Shown piece after piece: positions 51,906 through 61,053 of a DNA stretch of 64,000 nucleotides. Under the pieces are notes generated by a model. That model searched no databases and was not told where the DNA came from. It worked only from the letters and a program-made list of their open reading frames with translations. The translations under genes and the position numbers were made by a program. Location of the stretch: positions 82,055-146,054 of the forward strand of contig NZ_PVNL01000139.1 in NCBI RefSeq assembly GCF_002994635.1, given 5' to 3'. The DNA is from Enhygromyxa salina. GTDB lineage: Bacteria; Myxococcota_A; Polyangia; Nannocystales; Nannocystaceae. Position 1 is the first letter of the stretch; each line of letters starts with the position of its first letter.

Positions 51906-52039
51906 TGCGCAGTGATCGCGATCCGGTGCGCAGTGATCGCGATCCGGTGCGCAGTGATCGCGATCTGGTGCGCAGTGATCGCGATCTGGTGCGCAATGAT
52001 CGCGATCGCTCGCGATGGCATGCGCATTGATCGCGATCC
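51906..52039. repeat. 21-bp tandem repeat array, ~6.4 copies. Each unit carries the palindromes TGCGCA and GATCGCGATC
   Basis: tgcgcagtgatcgcgatccgg x2, tgcgcagtgatcgcgatctgg x2, tgcgcaatgatcgcgatcgct, plus a partial copy tgcgcattgatcgcgatcc. It contains 12 GATC sites in ~130 bp. It sits between the XRE regulator stop (52044) and the PlsC-like start (51781). Confidence 0.85.
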
Positions 52040-52043
52040 TAGG

Positions 52044-52394
52044 TCATTTGTTGTCGGCCTCCGACCCGGAGTCGCGATCGAGTTCCTCGAACAACGTGGC
52101 GAGCACCCGCTCCACCAGCTTGAGTTCGGCGGGAGAACGCCCGGCCAACAAGCCGTTGATCCGGGCGATCTCCTCAGGGACGCCCTCGAGCTCGAAGGAG
52201 GTGAACATCGCCGCAACTGTCAAACCCAGGCCCTTACTGACCTTTCGCAAGGTTCGGAGCGAGGGCGAGAAGTCCTGATGCTCGAGACGCCTGATTGTGT
52301 CGGCTGCGAGCCCGCTCCGTTCGGCCAACTCTTCTTGAGTGAGCCGCCGAACTTCGCGGAGACGCTTGACGTGAGCCCCAAATGAAACTGCCAC
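52044..52394 (-). CDS. XRE-family (Cro/C1-type) HTH transcriptional regulator
   Basis: AHVKRLREVRRLTQEELAERSGLAADTIRRLE (HTH_3). The protein is 116 aa. Confidence 0.75.
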   Translation of the reverse strand: MAVSFGAHVKRLREVRRLTQEELAERSGLAADTIRRLEHQDFSPSLRTLRKVSKGLGLTVAAMFTSFELEGVPEEIARINGLLAGRSPAELKLVERVLATLFEELDRDSGSEADNK

Positions 52395-52454
52395 TGTTTG
52401 TGTTGTCGGCGCCTCGTTTCCAGTTGATCCAGATAAACGGTTGATTACCGGGTA

Positions 52455-53612
52455 TTAAATTGGCGCCGGGCCCCCAGAATTTTCGAGGATCGCCCCGGCG
52501 ACATCCCGCCACAGGGCCGCGAAGCTCTTGTGCCCAAACCCCGAGCCCGACGAGATCCAGTCGTGGTGCGCTGGCTTGTGGAAGGGGTCGTGCAGGTGCC
52601 CGATCACGTCGAGGTGATCGGCCGTCGCCACGTGCAGGATCCGCCCGTGCACCTGCGACGCGGTCGGAACCATCCCGTCGTTGTCCGCCGCGGTCGGCAG
52701 CGCCCCCCAGGCGGCACGCATGGCGCCGCGCTGCTGCTCGTTGAAGGGCACGTGAAAGTCGGGCGAGAGCGGCGTCGCGCGCCGGTACAGCCACTGCAAG
52801 AACGCATGGGTCGCGTGCTCGTAGGGGCCCCCGCTCACGCGCAGCTGCGAGCGCAGGTTTGGCGCCGGGCAGCGCGCGACGATGGAGCCGTAGTGCACGC
52901 CCGGTCGCTCGGACACGCCCGCGTTGAACAGGTCGAGCGCCTGCGGCATCAGCTGCGGGATCAGGTGCGGCTCGGTTCGAAGCTCGCGCATGAAGTCGGC
53001 GACCGAGAGCCGCTCGTCCTCGGTCGCGCAGTCTTTCTCGAGCGCCTCGGCGGCCTCGCGCTCGAGTGTCTGCAGCACCACGTGAACCGGCGTGTTCGGC
53101 AGCAGCCCCTCGCCCACCAGCACGCGAGCCAAGCGCAGCGCCAGGTGAGCGGGGACCTTGCCGTGGCGCAGAAACAGCACCGTCAAGATCGAGACCGTGC
53201 GCAGCAGCGGCTCGCCGATCATTCCTGCGAGGTGCCCCGCCAGCGGCGAGCCACGGTGAGGCGTACACACCGAGATCACGCTGCGGACTCGCGCCGCGTG
53301 CCGCTCGACCTCGCCCGGCCCGAGATCCACCCCGGGGCTGGTCACGAGCCGGGCGTCGAGCCCACCGGTGCTGTGGCCGACCACGTGGACCGGACCGTCG
53401 TCGGGCAGCACGGCGATCACGTCTCGCAGGTCTCGCGCTCGCTGGCGCAGCGACGCGACCGGGTGCGTGCGAACCCGATGGACCTGGACGTCGCTGCCCC
53501 GCGCTCGGAACTCGCTCTCGAGCAGCTCGCGGACGTGAGCGAAGTAGACCAGCGGACCGAAGTTCACGAACCCGAAGAAGCCGGGTACCAGCACGAGGTG
53601 TTGCGTGGCCAC
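52455..53612 (-). CDS. Alpha/beta-hydrolase-fold lipase/esterase (GHSTGG nucleophile elbow)
   Basis: HLVLVPGFFGF...VHVVGHSTGGLDARL (GxSxG). The protein is 385 aa. Confidence 0.75.
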   Translation of the reverse strand: MATQHLVLVPGFFGFVNFGPLVYFAHVRELLESEFRARGSDVQVHRVRTHPVASLRQRARDLRDVIAVLPDDGPVHVVGHSTGGLDARLVTSPGVDLGPGEVERHAARVRSVISVCTPHRGSPLAGHLAGMIGEPLLRTVSILTVLFLRHGKVPAHLALRLARVLVGEGLLPNTPVHVVLQTLEREAAEALEKDCATEDERLSVADFMRELRTEPHLIPQLMPQALDLFNAGVSERPGVHYGSIVARCPAPNLRSQLRVSGGPYEHATHAFLQWLYRRATPLSPDFHVPFNEQQRGAMRAAWGALPTAADNDGMVPTASQVHGRILHVATADHLDVIGHLHDPFHKPAHHDWISSGSGFGHKSFAALWRDVAGAILENSGGPAPI

Positions 53613-53725
53613 GGCCCATCATACCCCGATCGATCCACTGGTTTGTCCCCGTCCGGGGTCTGGCCGCGCGGGCGCCTGGGCTGTTACGCTGTGCTGGCGG
53701 CCCTCGAGCCGTGGGTACGCCCCCC

Positions 53726-54538
53726 ATGCAGTCCAATCCGTCCGACCACACACCGGGACAGCTAGGTTGCTACGACGCCGCGTTCGTTCGCCGCACCGCG
53801 CCCAAGCTCGAGCGTCTATTGCACGGCTACTTTCGAGCGCGCATTCACGGACTCGAGCGCGTACCCGAGGGCCCGTTCTTGGCGGTCGGCAACCACAGCG
53901 GCGTCGGACTGGTCCCGGACGCCCTGGTGTGGCTGTCCGCGTACCACAGCGCCCGCCGACCAACACCGCTGCTCACGCTCGTCCACGATCAGATGTTCGA
54001 TAACTACCCGCGCCGCCTGGCCCGATGGGTCGCCCGGTTCGGGGCCATGCGCGCCGACCCAGACCACGCACTCGCGGCTTTGCGTCAAGGCTACGCCGTG
54101 CAGGTCTACCCCGGCGGCGACCACGACGCGTGTCGACCGTTCTCGCAGCGCAACCAGGTCGTGTTTGCCGGCCGCACCGGATACGTCGAGCTCGCGCGCG
54201 CGGCCGGGGTGCCGATCGTCCCAATCGCCGCGATCGGCGGGCACGAAACCCTGATCATCCTCAGCGAAGGTCGCCGCCTCGCGCGTCGGCTCGGGGTGGA
54301 CCGCAAGCTGCGGCTCGAGTCGTTCCCGGTCAGCTTGTCGATCCCGTGGGGCCTGTGGATTGGGCCGCCGCCGGGCTACGTGCCGCTTCCGTCCCGGATC
54401 GAGATCGACGTGCTCGAGCCGATCGATCCCGAGGTTGTCGCGGCCGGCTCGACGGTCGAGATCGACGCGCGGGTCCGCGGCGCGCTGCAGGCCGCGATCG
54501 ATCGTCGCGCCGCCAACCGCCGACTGCTGTTCGGATAG
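53726..54538 (+). CDS. Lysophospholipid-acyltransferase-like protein (LPLAT superfamily, imperfect HX4D)
   Basis: The ATG at 53726 (MQSNPSDHTPGQ...). FLAVGNHSGVGLVPD and VFAGRTGYVELARAAGVPIVPIAAIGGHE resemble the PlsC-like fold. The 5' 660 nt of the track ORF is rejected as antisense to the lipase gene. Confidence 0.55.
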   Translation: MQSNPSDHTPGQLGCYDAAFVRRTAPKLERLLHGYFRARIHGLERVPEGPFLAVGNHSGVGLVPDALVWLSAYHSARRPTPLLTLVHDQMFDNYPRRLARWVARFGAMRADPDHALAALRQGYAVQVYPGGDHDACRPFSQRNQVVFAGRTGYVELARAAGVPIVPIAAIGGHETLIILSEGRRLARRLGVDRKLRLESFPVSLSIPWGLWIGPPPGYVPLPSRIEIDVLEPIDPEVVAAGSTVEIDARVRGALQAAIDRRAANRRLLFG

Positions 54539-55189
54539 CTAACCATCGCCGACCGGCGTGATGACGGTGATTGGCGCCCCCGCGAGCCGACCGATCAGCT
54601 CACCCACCGGCACGCCCGCGGCCCGCTCACGCGCTGTGTCGAGCCAGATCACCACAATCGGCATCACTGGCGCGCGGCCGGCCCAGTCGCGCACCAGCAG
54701 GTCGAGGTCCAGCCCGTACCAGTCTGGAAGCTCGAGCAATTCATGCAACCACGCCGCGAAGGTCCAGGCCGAGGGATGTGATGCATTCGGAGGATAGACA
54801 TGTACGCCGACCTCCGGGGTCGCGGGCGCGCAGTCGACCCGCCTGGGGTCCACACACACCACGTGCGGCTGATAGCAATCACCATACTCGGTCGCAAACG
54901 CGGCCCCGCACGCACAGCGAAGGTTGGGGCCATCGAGCCCGTCGGGTCCACAGCAGCCGGTGCTGCCGCCGAGCGTCGCGGTCGGGAGGTCGCGGCGGCA
55001 GCACAGGATATCGGCAGCCGAGATCCCAAACTCGACGAAGCCAGACCGCGCCCGCCACATGCAGCCGGCCGGGAGCATGTCGCGGCCTTCGACGAGCTGC
55101 ACGGGATCGGCGTCGACCTCGATCTCCGTCAGCGCGACGGACAAGTCGGCCCGGCAAGCCCGACAGACGAGGGTCCACGCGCGGCTCAC
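54539..55189 (-). CDS. Hypothetical Cys-rich protein (N-terminal CxxC...CC...CC...CxC cluster)
   Basis: An open frame with GC3-rich codons. No family was recognised. Confidence 0.4.
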   Translation of the reverse strand: MSRAWTLVCRACRADLSVALTEIEVDADPVQLVEGRDMLPAGCMWRARSGFVEFGISAADILCCRRDLPTATLGGSTGCCGPDGLDGPNLRCACGAAFATEYGDCYQPHVVCVDPRRVDCAPATPEVGVHVYPPNASHPSAWTFAAWLHELLELPDWYGLDLDLLVRDWAGRAPVMPIVVIWLDTARERAAGVPVGELIGRLAGAPITVITPVGDG

Positions 55190-55276
55190 AGCTCACATTG
55201 TACGGGTCCGGTTGTGACGGCGCCACGGTCTGAGCTGGGCTGGTCGGATCCTCGGAGTCCAAGCTAGTCTAGGCCG

Positions 55277-57319
55277 ATGTCCCACCGCTGGTACTGGCCA
55301 CTCATGTGCTCGATGTTGCTCATCGCGTGCGCAGATCCACAGGTCACCGACGACGGCGAGACCAGCAGCGAGACCGGCGACGAGTGCCGGCTCGGCGCCG
55401 AGGACTGCGGGTGCGACCAGGGTTCGTGCGAGTCGGGGCTCGCGTGCGTCGATGACCAGTGCGTGAGCTCCAGCTGCGGCGACGGAGTCGTGCAGGACGG
55501 CGAGCAGTGCGACGACGGCAACCAGGACGACACCGACACCTGCGTGCAGGGCTGCGTCGAAGCGAGCTGCGGCGACGGCTTCGTCGGCCCCGGCGAGGGC
55601 TGTGACGACGGAAACCAGGACAACGCCGACGCGTGCAGCAACGCCTGCGTGCCCACCACGTGCGGCGACGGGATCGTCCAGGAGCCCGAGCAGTGCGACG
55701 ACGCCAACACCGATGAGACCGACGACTGCCTCTCGACCTGCGCGCAGGCCAGCTGCGGCGACGGCTTCGTGCACGAGGGCGTCGAGGCCTGCGACGACGC
55801 CAACGCCAGCGACACCGACGCGTGCCTGACCAGCTGCGTCGACGCGACCTGCGGCGACGGCTTCGTGCACGAGGGCGTCGAGCCGTGCGACGACGGCAAT
55901 GACGTCGACACCGACGCGTGCCTGACCGGCTGCATCGCAGCGACCTGCGGCGACGGTCTGGTCAACGAGGGCGTCGAGGCCTGCGACGACGCCAACGACG
56001 ACAACACCGACGCGTGCACCCAGGCCTGCGAGCTGCCAGCGTGCGGCGATGGGTTCTTGCAGCCCGACGCGGGCGAGCTGTGCGACGACGGCAACCTGAT
56101 CGACGGTGACGGCTGCGAGGCCAGCTGCCTGCCGACCCCCGGCGCGCTCGAGATCGCGGCTGGCAGCCGCCACACCTGCGCGCTGAGCCTGGATCACGAG
56201 GTCCACTGCTGGGGCGCCAACAACTTCGGTCAGCTCGGCCTGCCCGGCGTCGGCACGATCGGCGACGACGAGCTGCCCAACACCGTCCCGCCAGTCGTGG
56301 TCGGCGGTCCCGTGGTCGCGCTCGCCGCTGGCTTCTTGCACACCTGCGCCGTGCTCGAGACCGGCAGGCTGCGCTGCTGGGGGTTCGGCAACGGCGGGGC
56401 GCTGGGCTACGGCAACACCATGAACATCGGCGACGACGAGGACCCCGCGACCGCCGGCGACATCGACATCCCGGGCGACGTCGTCCAGGTCGTCACCGCG
56501 ACCGAGCACACCTGCGCGCTGATCGAGGGCGGCGCGGTTCGCTGCTGGGGCTCCGGCACGGCCGGCAAGCTCGGGCTCGGCAACACCACTTTCATCGGCG
56601 ACAACGAGCTGCCCAACACCGTCGGCCCGCTCAACCTCGGCGGCACCACCGTGCAGATCGCCGCGGGGGCCGTGCACACCTGCGCGCTGCTCGATACCGG
56701 CGAGGTCCTGTGTTGGGGCCAAAACAGCAACGGTCAGCTCGGCTATGGCAACACCGCCAGCGTCGGCGACAACGAGACGCCGGCCTCGGTCGGTCCGGTC
56801 GACATCGGCGCCGTCGCAATCCGTGTTGCGACCGGCTGGCAGCACACCTGCGTGATCACGGACACCCAAGCCGTACGCTGCTGGGGCAACGGCGGGTTCG
56901 GTCGGCTCGGCTACGGCGACACCGTCACGATCGGCGACGATGAGCCACCCAGCAGCGTCGGCGACGTCGACCTCGGCGGCGGCCTCGCGACCGGGTTGGT
57001 GCTCGGCGACACCCACACCTGCGCGTTGCTCGACGACGGCGCGGTCCGCTGTTGGGGTCGCAGCGACCGCGGTCAGCTCGGGTATGCCAACACCAGCTCG
57101 ATCGGCGATGACGAGCTACCCAGCGCCGTCGGGGCGGTCGAGATCGGCGGCGTCGTCACCCAGCTGTCCAGCTTCTACCAGCACAGCTGCGCGCTGCTCG
57201 GCAACCACGCCGTCCGTTGCTGGGGCCGCAACTCCAACGGTCAGCTCGGCTACGGCGACACGATCACGATCGGCGACACCGAGGTGCCCGCCAGCGTCGG
57301 CGATGTGCCGTTCTTGTAG
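55277..57319 (+). CDS. Lipoprotein with ~8 myxobacterial Cys-rich CGDG repeats followed by ~7 RCC1 (beta-propeller) repeats
   Basis: Lipobox LLIACA. Repeats of C..(A/S)CGDG(F/I)V..GE.CDDGN.D.TD.C. Then [27 protein letters not shown]-type RCC1 blades. The DNA itself shows ~105-bp tandem periodicity over ~55440-56150. Confidence 0.8.
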   Translation: MSHRWYWPLMCSMLLIACADPQVTDDGETSSETGDECRLGAEDCGCDQGSCESGLACVDDQCVSSSCGDGVVQDGEQCDDGNQDDTDTCVQGCVEASCGDGFVGPGEGCDDGNQDNADACSNACVPTTCGDGIVQEPEQCDDANTDETDDCLSTCAQASCGDGFVHEGVEACDDANASDTDACLTSCVDATCGDGFVHEGVEPCDDGNDVDTDACLTGCIAATCGDGLVNEGVEACDDANDDNTDACTQACELPACGDGFLQPDAGELCDDGNLIDGDGCEASCLPTPGALEIAAGSRHTCALSLDHEVHCWGANNFGQLGLPGVGTIGDDELPNTVPPVVVGGPVVALAAGFLHTCAVLETGRLRCWGFGNGGALGYGNTMNIGDDEDPATAGDIDIPGDVVQVVTATEHTCALIEGGAVRCWGSGTAGKLGLGNTTFIGDNELPNTVGPLNLGGTTVQIAAGAVHTCALLDTGEVLCWGQNSNGQLGYGNTASVGDNETPASVGPVDIGAVAIRVATGWQHTCVITDTQAVRCWGNGGFGRLGYGDTVTIGDDEPPSSVGDVDLGGGLATGLVLGDTHTCALLDDGAVRCWGRSDRGQLGYANTSSIGDDELPSAVGAVEIGGVVTQLSSFYQHSCALLGNHAVRCWGRNSNGQLGYGDTITIGDTEVPASVGDVPFL

Positions 57320-57360
57320 CGGTCTGGTAGCCTACGCGGCGACCCACCGACGAGGAACGC

Positions 57361-58443
57361 GTGCGCAAACTCGAGAAACTGACGATCAGGGGCTTCAAGT
57401 CGATCCGAGATCAGACCTTGCAGCTCATGCCGCTGAATATCCTGATCGGCGCCAACGGGGTCGGCAAATCGAACCTCATCGGGGTCTTTCAGCTGCTGCG
57501 AGAGATCGTCGCGGAGAACCTCGCCGCCTACACCGCCACCAAGGGTGGCCCTGACGCGGTGCTGCATTTTGGACGCAAGCACACGGAGCGGCTGCACATC
57601 GGCCTCGACTTCGCTGACGGTGCTGTCACCAATAGCTACGCCGTCGACCTCATCCCGACTGAGGACAACCGATTCGTCATCGAGAGCGAGACGGCCTCCT
57701 ACCGCGAACGCGACAACGACCCGCGGTCACACGATCTACCTATCAGCTCGTACTCGAGTGAGTCCAAGCTGCGGACACACTCGCATCGGTGCGCCCAACA
57801 AGTGCTGGACGATCTCGAGGGCTACCGCGTCTTCCATTTTCACGACACCAGCGCCTCGGCGCCAATGAAGCAGCTCTGCGAGATCGATGACAACCGCTTC
57901 CTTCGAGCGAACGCGGAGAACCTTCCCGCGTACCTGTATTTTCTCGCACAGAAGCACCCCGACAGCTTCGCCACGATCGAAGGTGCAATCCGCCAAGTCG
58001 CCCCCTTCTTCGACCGCTTTGAGCTCGCCCCGTCACGGCTCAACCCATCTCGCATCCAGCTCGAGTGGAAAGAGCGGGGCCGGGACGCGTTCTTCAAGGC
58101 GTCGGCGCTCTCCGATGGCAGCTTGCGCTTCATCTGTCTCGCCGCCCTGCTGCTCCAGCCCGAGCCCCCGCGGTTGATCCTGCTCGACGAGCCGGAACTG
58201 GGTCTGCACCCGGCCGCGATCACGGTTCTCGCCGGCATGATGTCCGCCGCAGCGTCACGAATACAGATCATCGCAGCCACGCAGTCCGTCACCCTCATCA
58301 ACCATTTCACGCCTGCGCAGGTGTGGGCGGTCGAGCGTGAGGGGGGGCAGAGCGTGTTCAAGCAGCTGTCCGCCGAGGACATGTCAGCGTGGTCCGACTC
58401 GGCGATCTCTGGGAGAAACGACGTGACCGGGAGCCGCACGTAG
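57361..58443 (+). CDS. Stand-alone AAA_21/ABC-type ATPase (OLD/RecF-like ATPase core with no nuclease domain)
   Basis: GTG start with GAGGAA 6 nt upstream. KLTIRGFKSIRDQTLQL..LNILIGANGVGKSNLI (Walker A). RLILLDEPELGLHP (Walker B/D-loop). IIAATQSVTL (H-loop region). Confidence 0.75.
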   Translation: MRKLEKLTIRGFKSIRDQTLQLMPLNILIGANGVGKSNLIGVFQLLREIVAENLAAYTATKGGPDAVLHFGRKHTERLHIGLDFADGAVTNSYAVDLIPTEDNRFVIESETASYRERDNDPRSHDLPISSYSSESKLRTHSHRCAQQVLDDLEGYRVFHFHDTSASAPMKQLCEIDDNRFLRANAENLPAYLYFLAQKHPDSFATIEGAIRQVAPFFDRFELAPSRLNPSRIQLEWKERGRDAFFKASALSDGSLRFICLAALLLQPEPPRLILLDEPELGLHPAAITVLAGMMSAAASRIQIIAATQSVTLINHFTPAQVWAVEREGGQSVFKQLSAEDMSAWSDSAISGRNDVTGSRT

Positions 58444-58444
58444 A

Positions 58445-60034
58445 TCAGCCCGCTTCTCGATCACGGGGCGAGACCACCCCCAGGCTCCACAGCGCGAGCG
58501 CCCCCAGGCCCAGGATGCCGAGCTTCACCAGCAGCTCCCACCAGACCCACAGTCGGCCGTCCACGAGCATCCCCGCCGCCACGACCACCAGCAGCACCCC
58601 GGCGATCCGCGCGAGCCGGCCGACCTCGAAGTCCGGCATCTCGCAGCGCCGCGCCGCCCAGCGCACGCCAACGACCAAGATCGTGTACCCCACGACAGTC
58701 GCCCACGCCGCGCCGACGAGCCCGTAGCTCGGCAACCACAGCAAGTTGAGCACCACGTTGGTCACGCCGCTGACGACCGTGATCACGGGTATCAGGCGGT
58801 TTTGCTTGTAGTAGAACAGCACCGCCACATAGACGTAGTAGAGCCCCTGAAACAGCCCACCGAGCGCGAGGATCGGCGCGATCTCGGCCGCGAACGCGTA
58901 CTTGGAATTGATGAGCCCGCTACGCACGATCGTGGGCGAGAGCACGACCATCGCGGCGCTCATCGAGCCGACCGCGAGCATGAAATAGGTGATCGAGCGG
59001 GCCACGAATGGGCGCTCTTCCGGTCGCCCGTGGGCGCGGGTGAACTGCGGGACCCAGGCGTTGTTCATCGACACCGCGACCATGTTGACGGCGTTCATGA
59101 AGTCGTAGGCGGCGCTATAGATCCCGACCGCGGCCAGGCCCAGGTTCAGCTCGCCGTTCTCGTCGGGCGTGACCCCCATCTCGGCCACCGCGGCCGCGCT
59201 CGCGCCGGCGTCGAGCCCAGGATAGTGGTGTTCGATGATGAAGCGATCCGACATGCCCAGCACCCAGTGCGCGATCAAGTGGGGCACCAAGGGCAGCGAG
59301 AAGCGCAGCGCCGAGCGCAGATCATCCCAGCTCCAGGCCAGCTTCAGGTGGCGAACCGAGTAGACCGTGAACGGGACCGCGAGCACGATCAAGCTCGCGG
59401 CCCGGCCAAGGAACATGCCCATCACCCCGAGGCCCGCGAGCGCGACCAGGCTCAGCGTGCCCAGCACGTTGACCGCCGAGCCCAGCAGGCTGACCCCGAC
59501 GAACGGCTTTGAATTCTCCGACGCCACCCAGGTCGCCTTGGGCACGACCCCGAGCACGCCCAAGAACACCATCCACACCGTCATCACGCCGTAGGGCCAA
59601 AACGGGAGATCAACGAACAACAGCGGAAACAGCGAGGGGCCGGTGACCGTCGCGATCACGCACATGCCAAACGACCACGCCAACAAGAACGAGAGGATCG
59701 TGCCCTGAAACCGGCGCTTGCCGACCTCGTCGTGCTCGTGATCGAAGTAGAAGCGGGTCACCGATCCGTGCAGCGCGGGGTTGCACAGGTGCGTGAAGCC
59801 GGTGAACAGCATCATCGCTAGTGAAAACAGCCCATATTCTGCCGGCAGCAGGAACATGGTCAGGATCGGCATCATCAGCACGGACAGCAGCGACAACCCA
59901 AGCTCGCCGAGCGCGTAGATGCTCGAGTTCTTGAACAGCCGCGTGATCCGAACGCGCGAGCTCCCGAGCTCGGGCCCCGGGTTGTCCGCGGCGGTCGTGT
60001 CGCCCGTGTCGCCCGTGTCGCCCGTGTCGTTCAT
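58445..60034 (-). CDS. Polysaccharide/oligosaccharide flippase (Wzx-like, MOP superfamily)
   Basis: ~12-14 TM helices. An N-terminal (DTG)x3 low-complexity tail. The LLWLPSYGLVGAAWATVVG motif is typical of Wzx/MurJ-type proteins. Confidence 0.75.
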   Translation of the reverse strand: MNDTGDTGDTGDTTAADNPGPELGSSRVRITRLFKNSSIYALGELGLSLLSVLMMPILTMFLLPAEYGLFSLAMMLFTGFTHLCNPALHGSVTRFYFDHEHDEVGKRRFQGTILSFLLAWSFGMCVIATVTGPSLFPLLFVDLPFWPYGVMTVWMVFLGVLGVVPKATWVASENSKPFVGVSLLGSAVNVLGTLSLVALAGLGVMGMFLGRAASLIVLAVPFTVYSVRHLKLAWSWDDLRSALRFSLPLVPHLIAHWVLGMSDRFIIEHHYPGLDAGASAAAVAEMGVTPDENGELNLGLAAVGIYSAAYDFMNAVNMVAVSMNNAWVPQFTRAHGRPEERPFVARSITYFMLAVGSMSAAMVVLSPTIVRSGLINSKYAFAAEIAPILALGGLFQGLYYVYVAVLFYYKQNRLIPVITVVSGVTNVVLNLLWLPSYGLVGAAWATVVGYTILVVGVRWAARRCEMPDFEVGRLARIAGVLLVVVAAGMLVDGRLWVWWELLVKLGILGLGALALWSLGVVSPRDREAG

Positions 60035-61023
60035 GGCCGACGACCCAGACCCAGCGCCACACCCAGGTCGTGCGCACGTCGGCGCACCCCAACCTTGACC
60101 CGCGCGACCCGGTGCTCGGTGCCAAGCAACAAGATCTCACGCAGCTGCTCGGGCGTGCGCTTGTGCTCGGCGCCCAGTTCGTAGCCGCCCAATTCGACGT
60201 CACAGCCCGCGTCGGCGGCCGCATGCGTGAGCGTGGGAAATTCATCACGCTGCCACCGATCAAATTGCTCGCCGCTCGCGTCCTCGGTCGCGCTCAGCCC
60301 GGCCAGCGGCCCGTACAAGAAGAACGGCCGCCCAGCCTCGAGCGCATAGAAGCTGGCCGTGCTCACCCGGTTCGAGCTGACGAAGGCGTGGCGCTGGATC
60401 AGCTCGCGCTGGCGCCGAAGAAACGCCGGGTTGTCACCGCGGGGGCCCATGGTCGTGGTCGCGAAGCCCTGGCGCTCGAACACCTCGCGCAGCGCCGGCT
60501 GCTCGTACTCGAACCAGTATAGGCAGACGGTGATCGGCCCGAAGCCGGACGCCTCGAGCCGCACCAGCGCCTGTGCGTAGGCGTCCATGGTCCCGGCCAG
60601 GGCCTGCTTCTCCCACCCGTGGAACGGCACGATCAGCACGCTGCGCGGATGATCCGGCCCGGGGTCGGGCGTGGTCGGCATGTACAGCCACGGCGCACCA
60701 ATCGCGACCGCCCCGCGATGCCCAGCCTCGCGCGCCCGCGCCAGGTTGCGGCTCGACCACACGATCTTCGGCCCCGGCTGGGCCATGTCCTGGGGCCGCA
60801 TGCCGATCCCAGGTTGCCAACCATGCTGCAGACGCACGGGGATCGGCATGTGCGGCGACAGCCCGCAGTAGGACAGCAGCAGGTGCGCGTGTCCGTAGTG
60901 GCGGTTCTCGGCGAACATGGTGGGTGTCACGAGCGCCAATTGAGGCGACAGCGCTCGTTTGCCCGGCGGTGCTGGGGGTGTCAAGCCAGCCACTGGGTCC
61001 AGCCGCGCCTGCTGAGTTGACAC
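60031..61023 (-). CDS. Hypothetical protein co-transcribed with the flippase (possible polysaccharide-biosynthesis enzyme)
   Basis: Its stop is 4 nt from the flippase start. It has no TM helices and coding-like composition. Confidence 0.45.
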   Translation of the reverse strand: MSTQQARLDPVAGLTPPAPPGKRALSPQLALVTPTMFAENRHYGHAHLLLSYCGLSPHMPIPVRLQHGWQPGIGMRPQDMAQPGPKIVWSSRNLARAREAGHRGAVAIGAPWLYMPTTPDPGPDHPRSVLIVPFHGWEKQALAGTMDAYAQALVRLEASGFGPITVCLYWFEYEQPALREVFERQGFATTTMGPRGDNPAFLRRQRELIQRHAFVSSNRVSTASFYALEAGRPFFLYGPLAGLSATEDASGEQFDRWQRDEFPTLTHAAADAGCDVELGGYELGAEHKRTPEQLREILLLGTEHRVARVKVGVRRRAHDLGVALGLGRRP

Positions 61024-61053
61024 GGCCGGGTGTGGCTCTGAGGATGCTCCGCA

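Noticed and set aside
51906-52039. The tandem 21-bp array, as a possible CRISPR
   Set aside because: The units are contiguous with no spacers. There are no cas genes in the window. It is reported as a tandem repeat/operator-like array instead.
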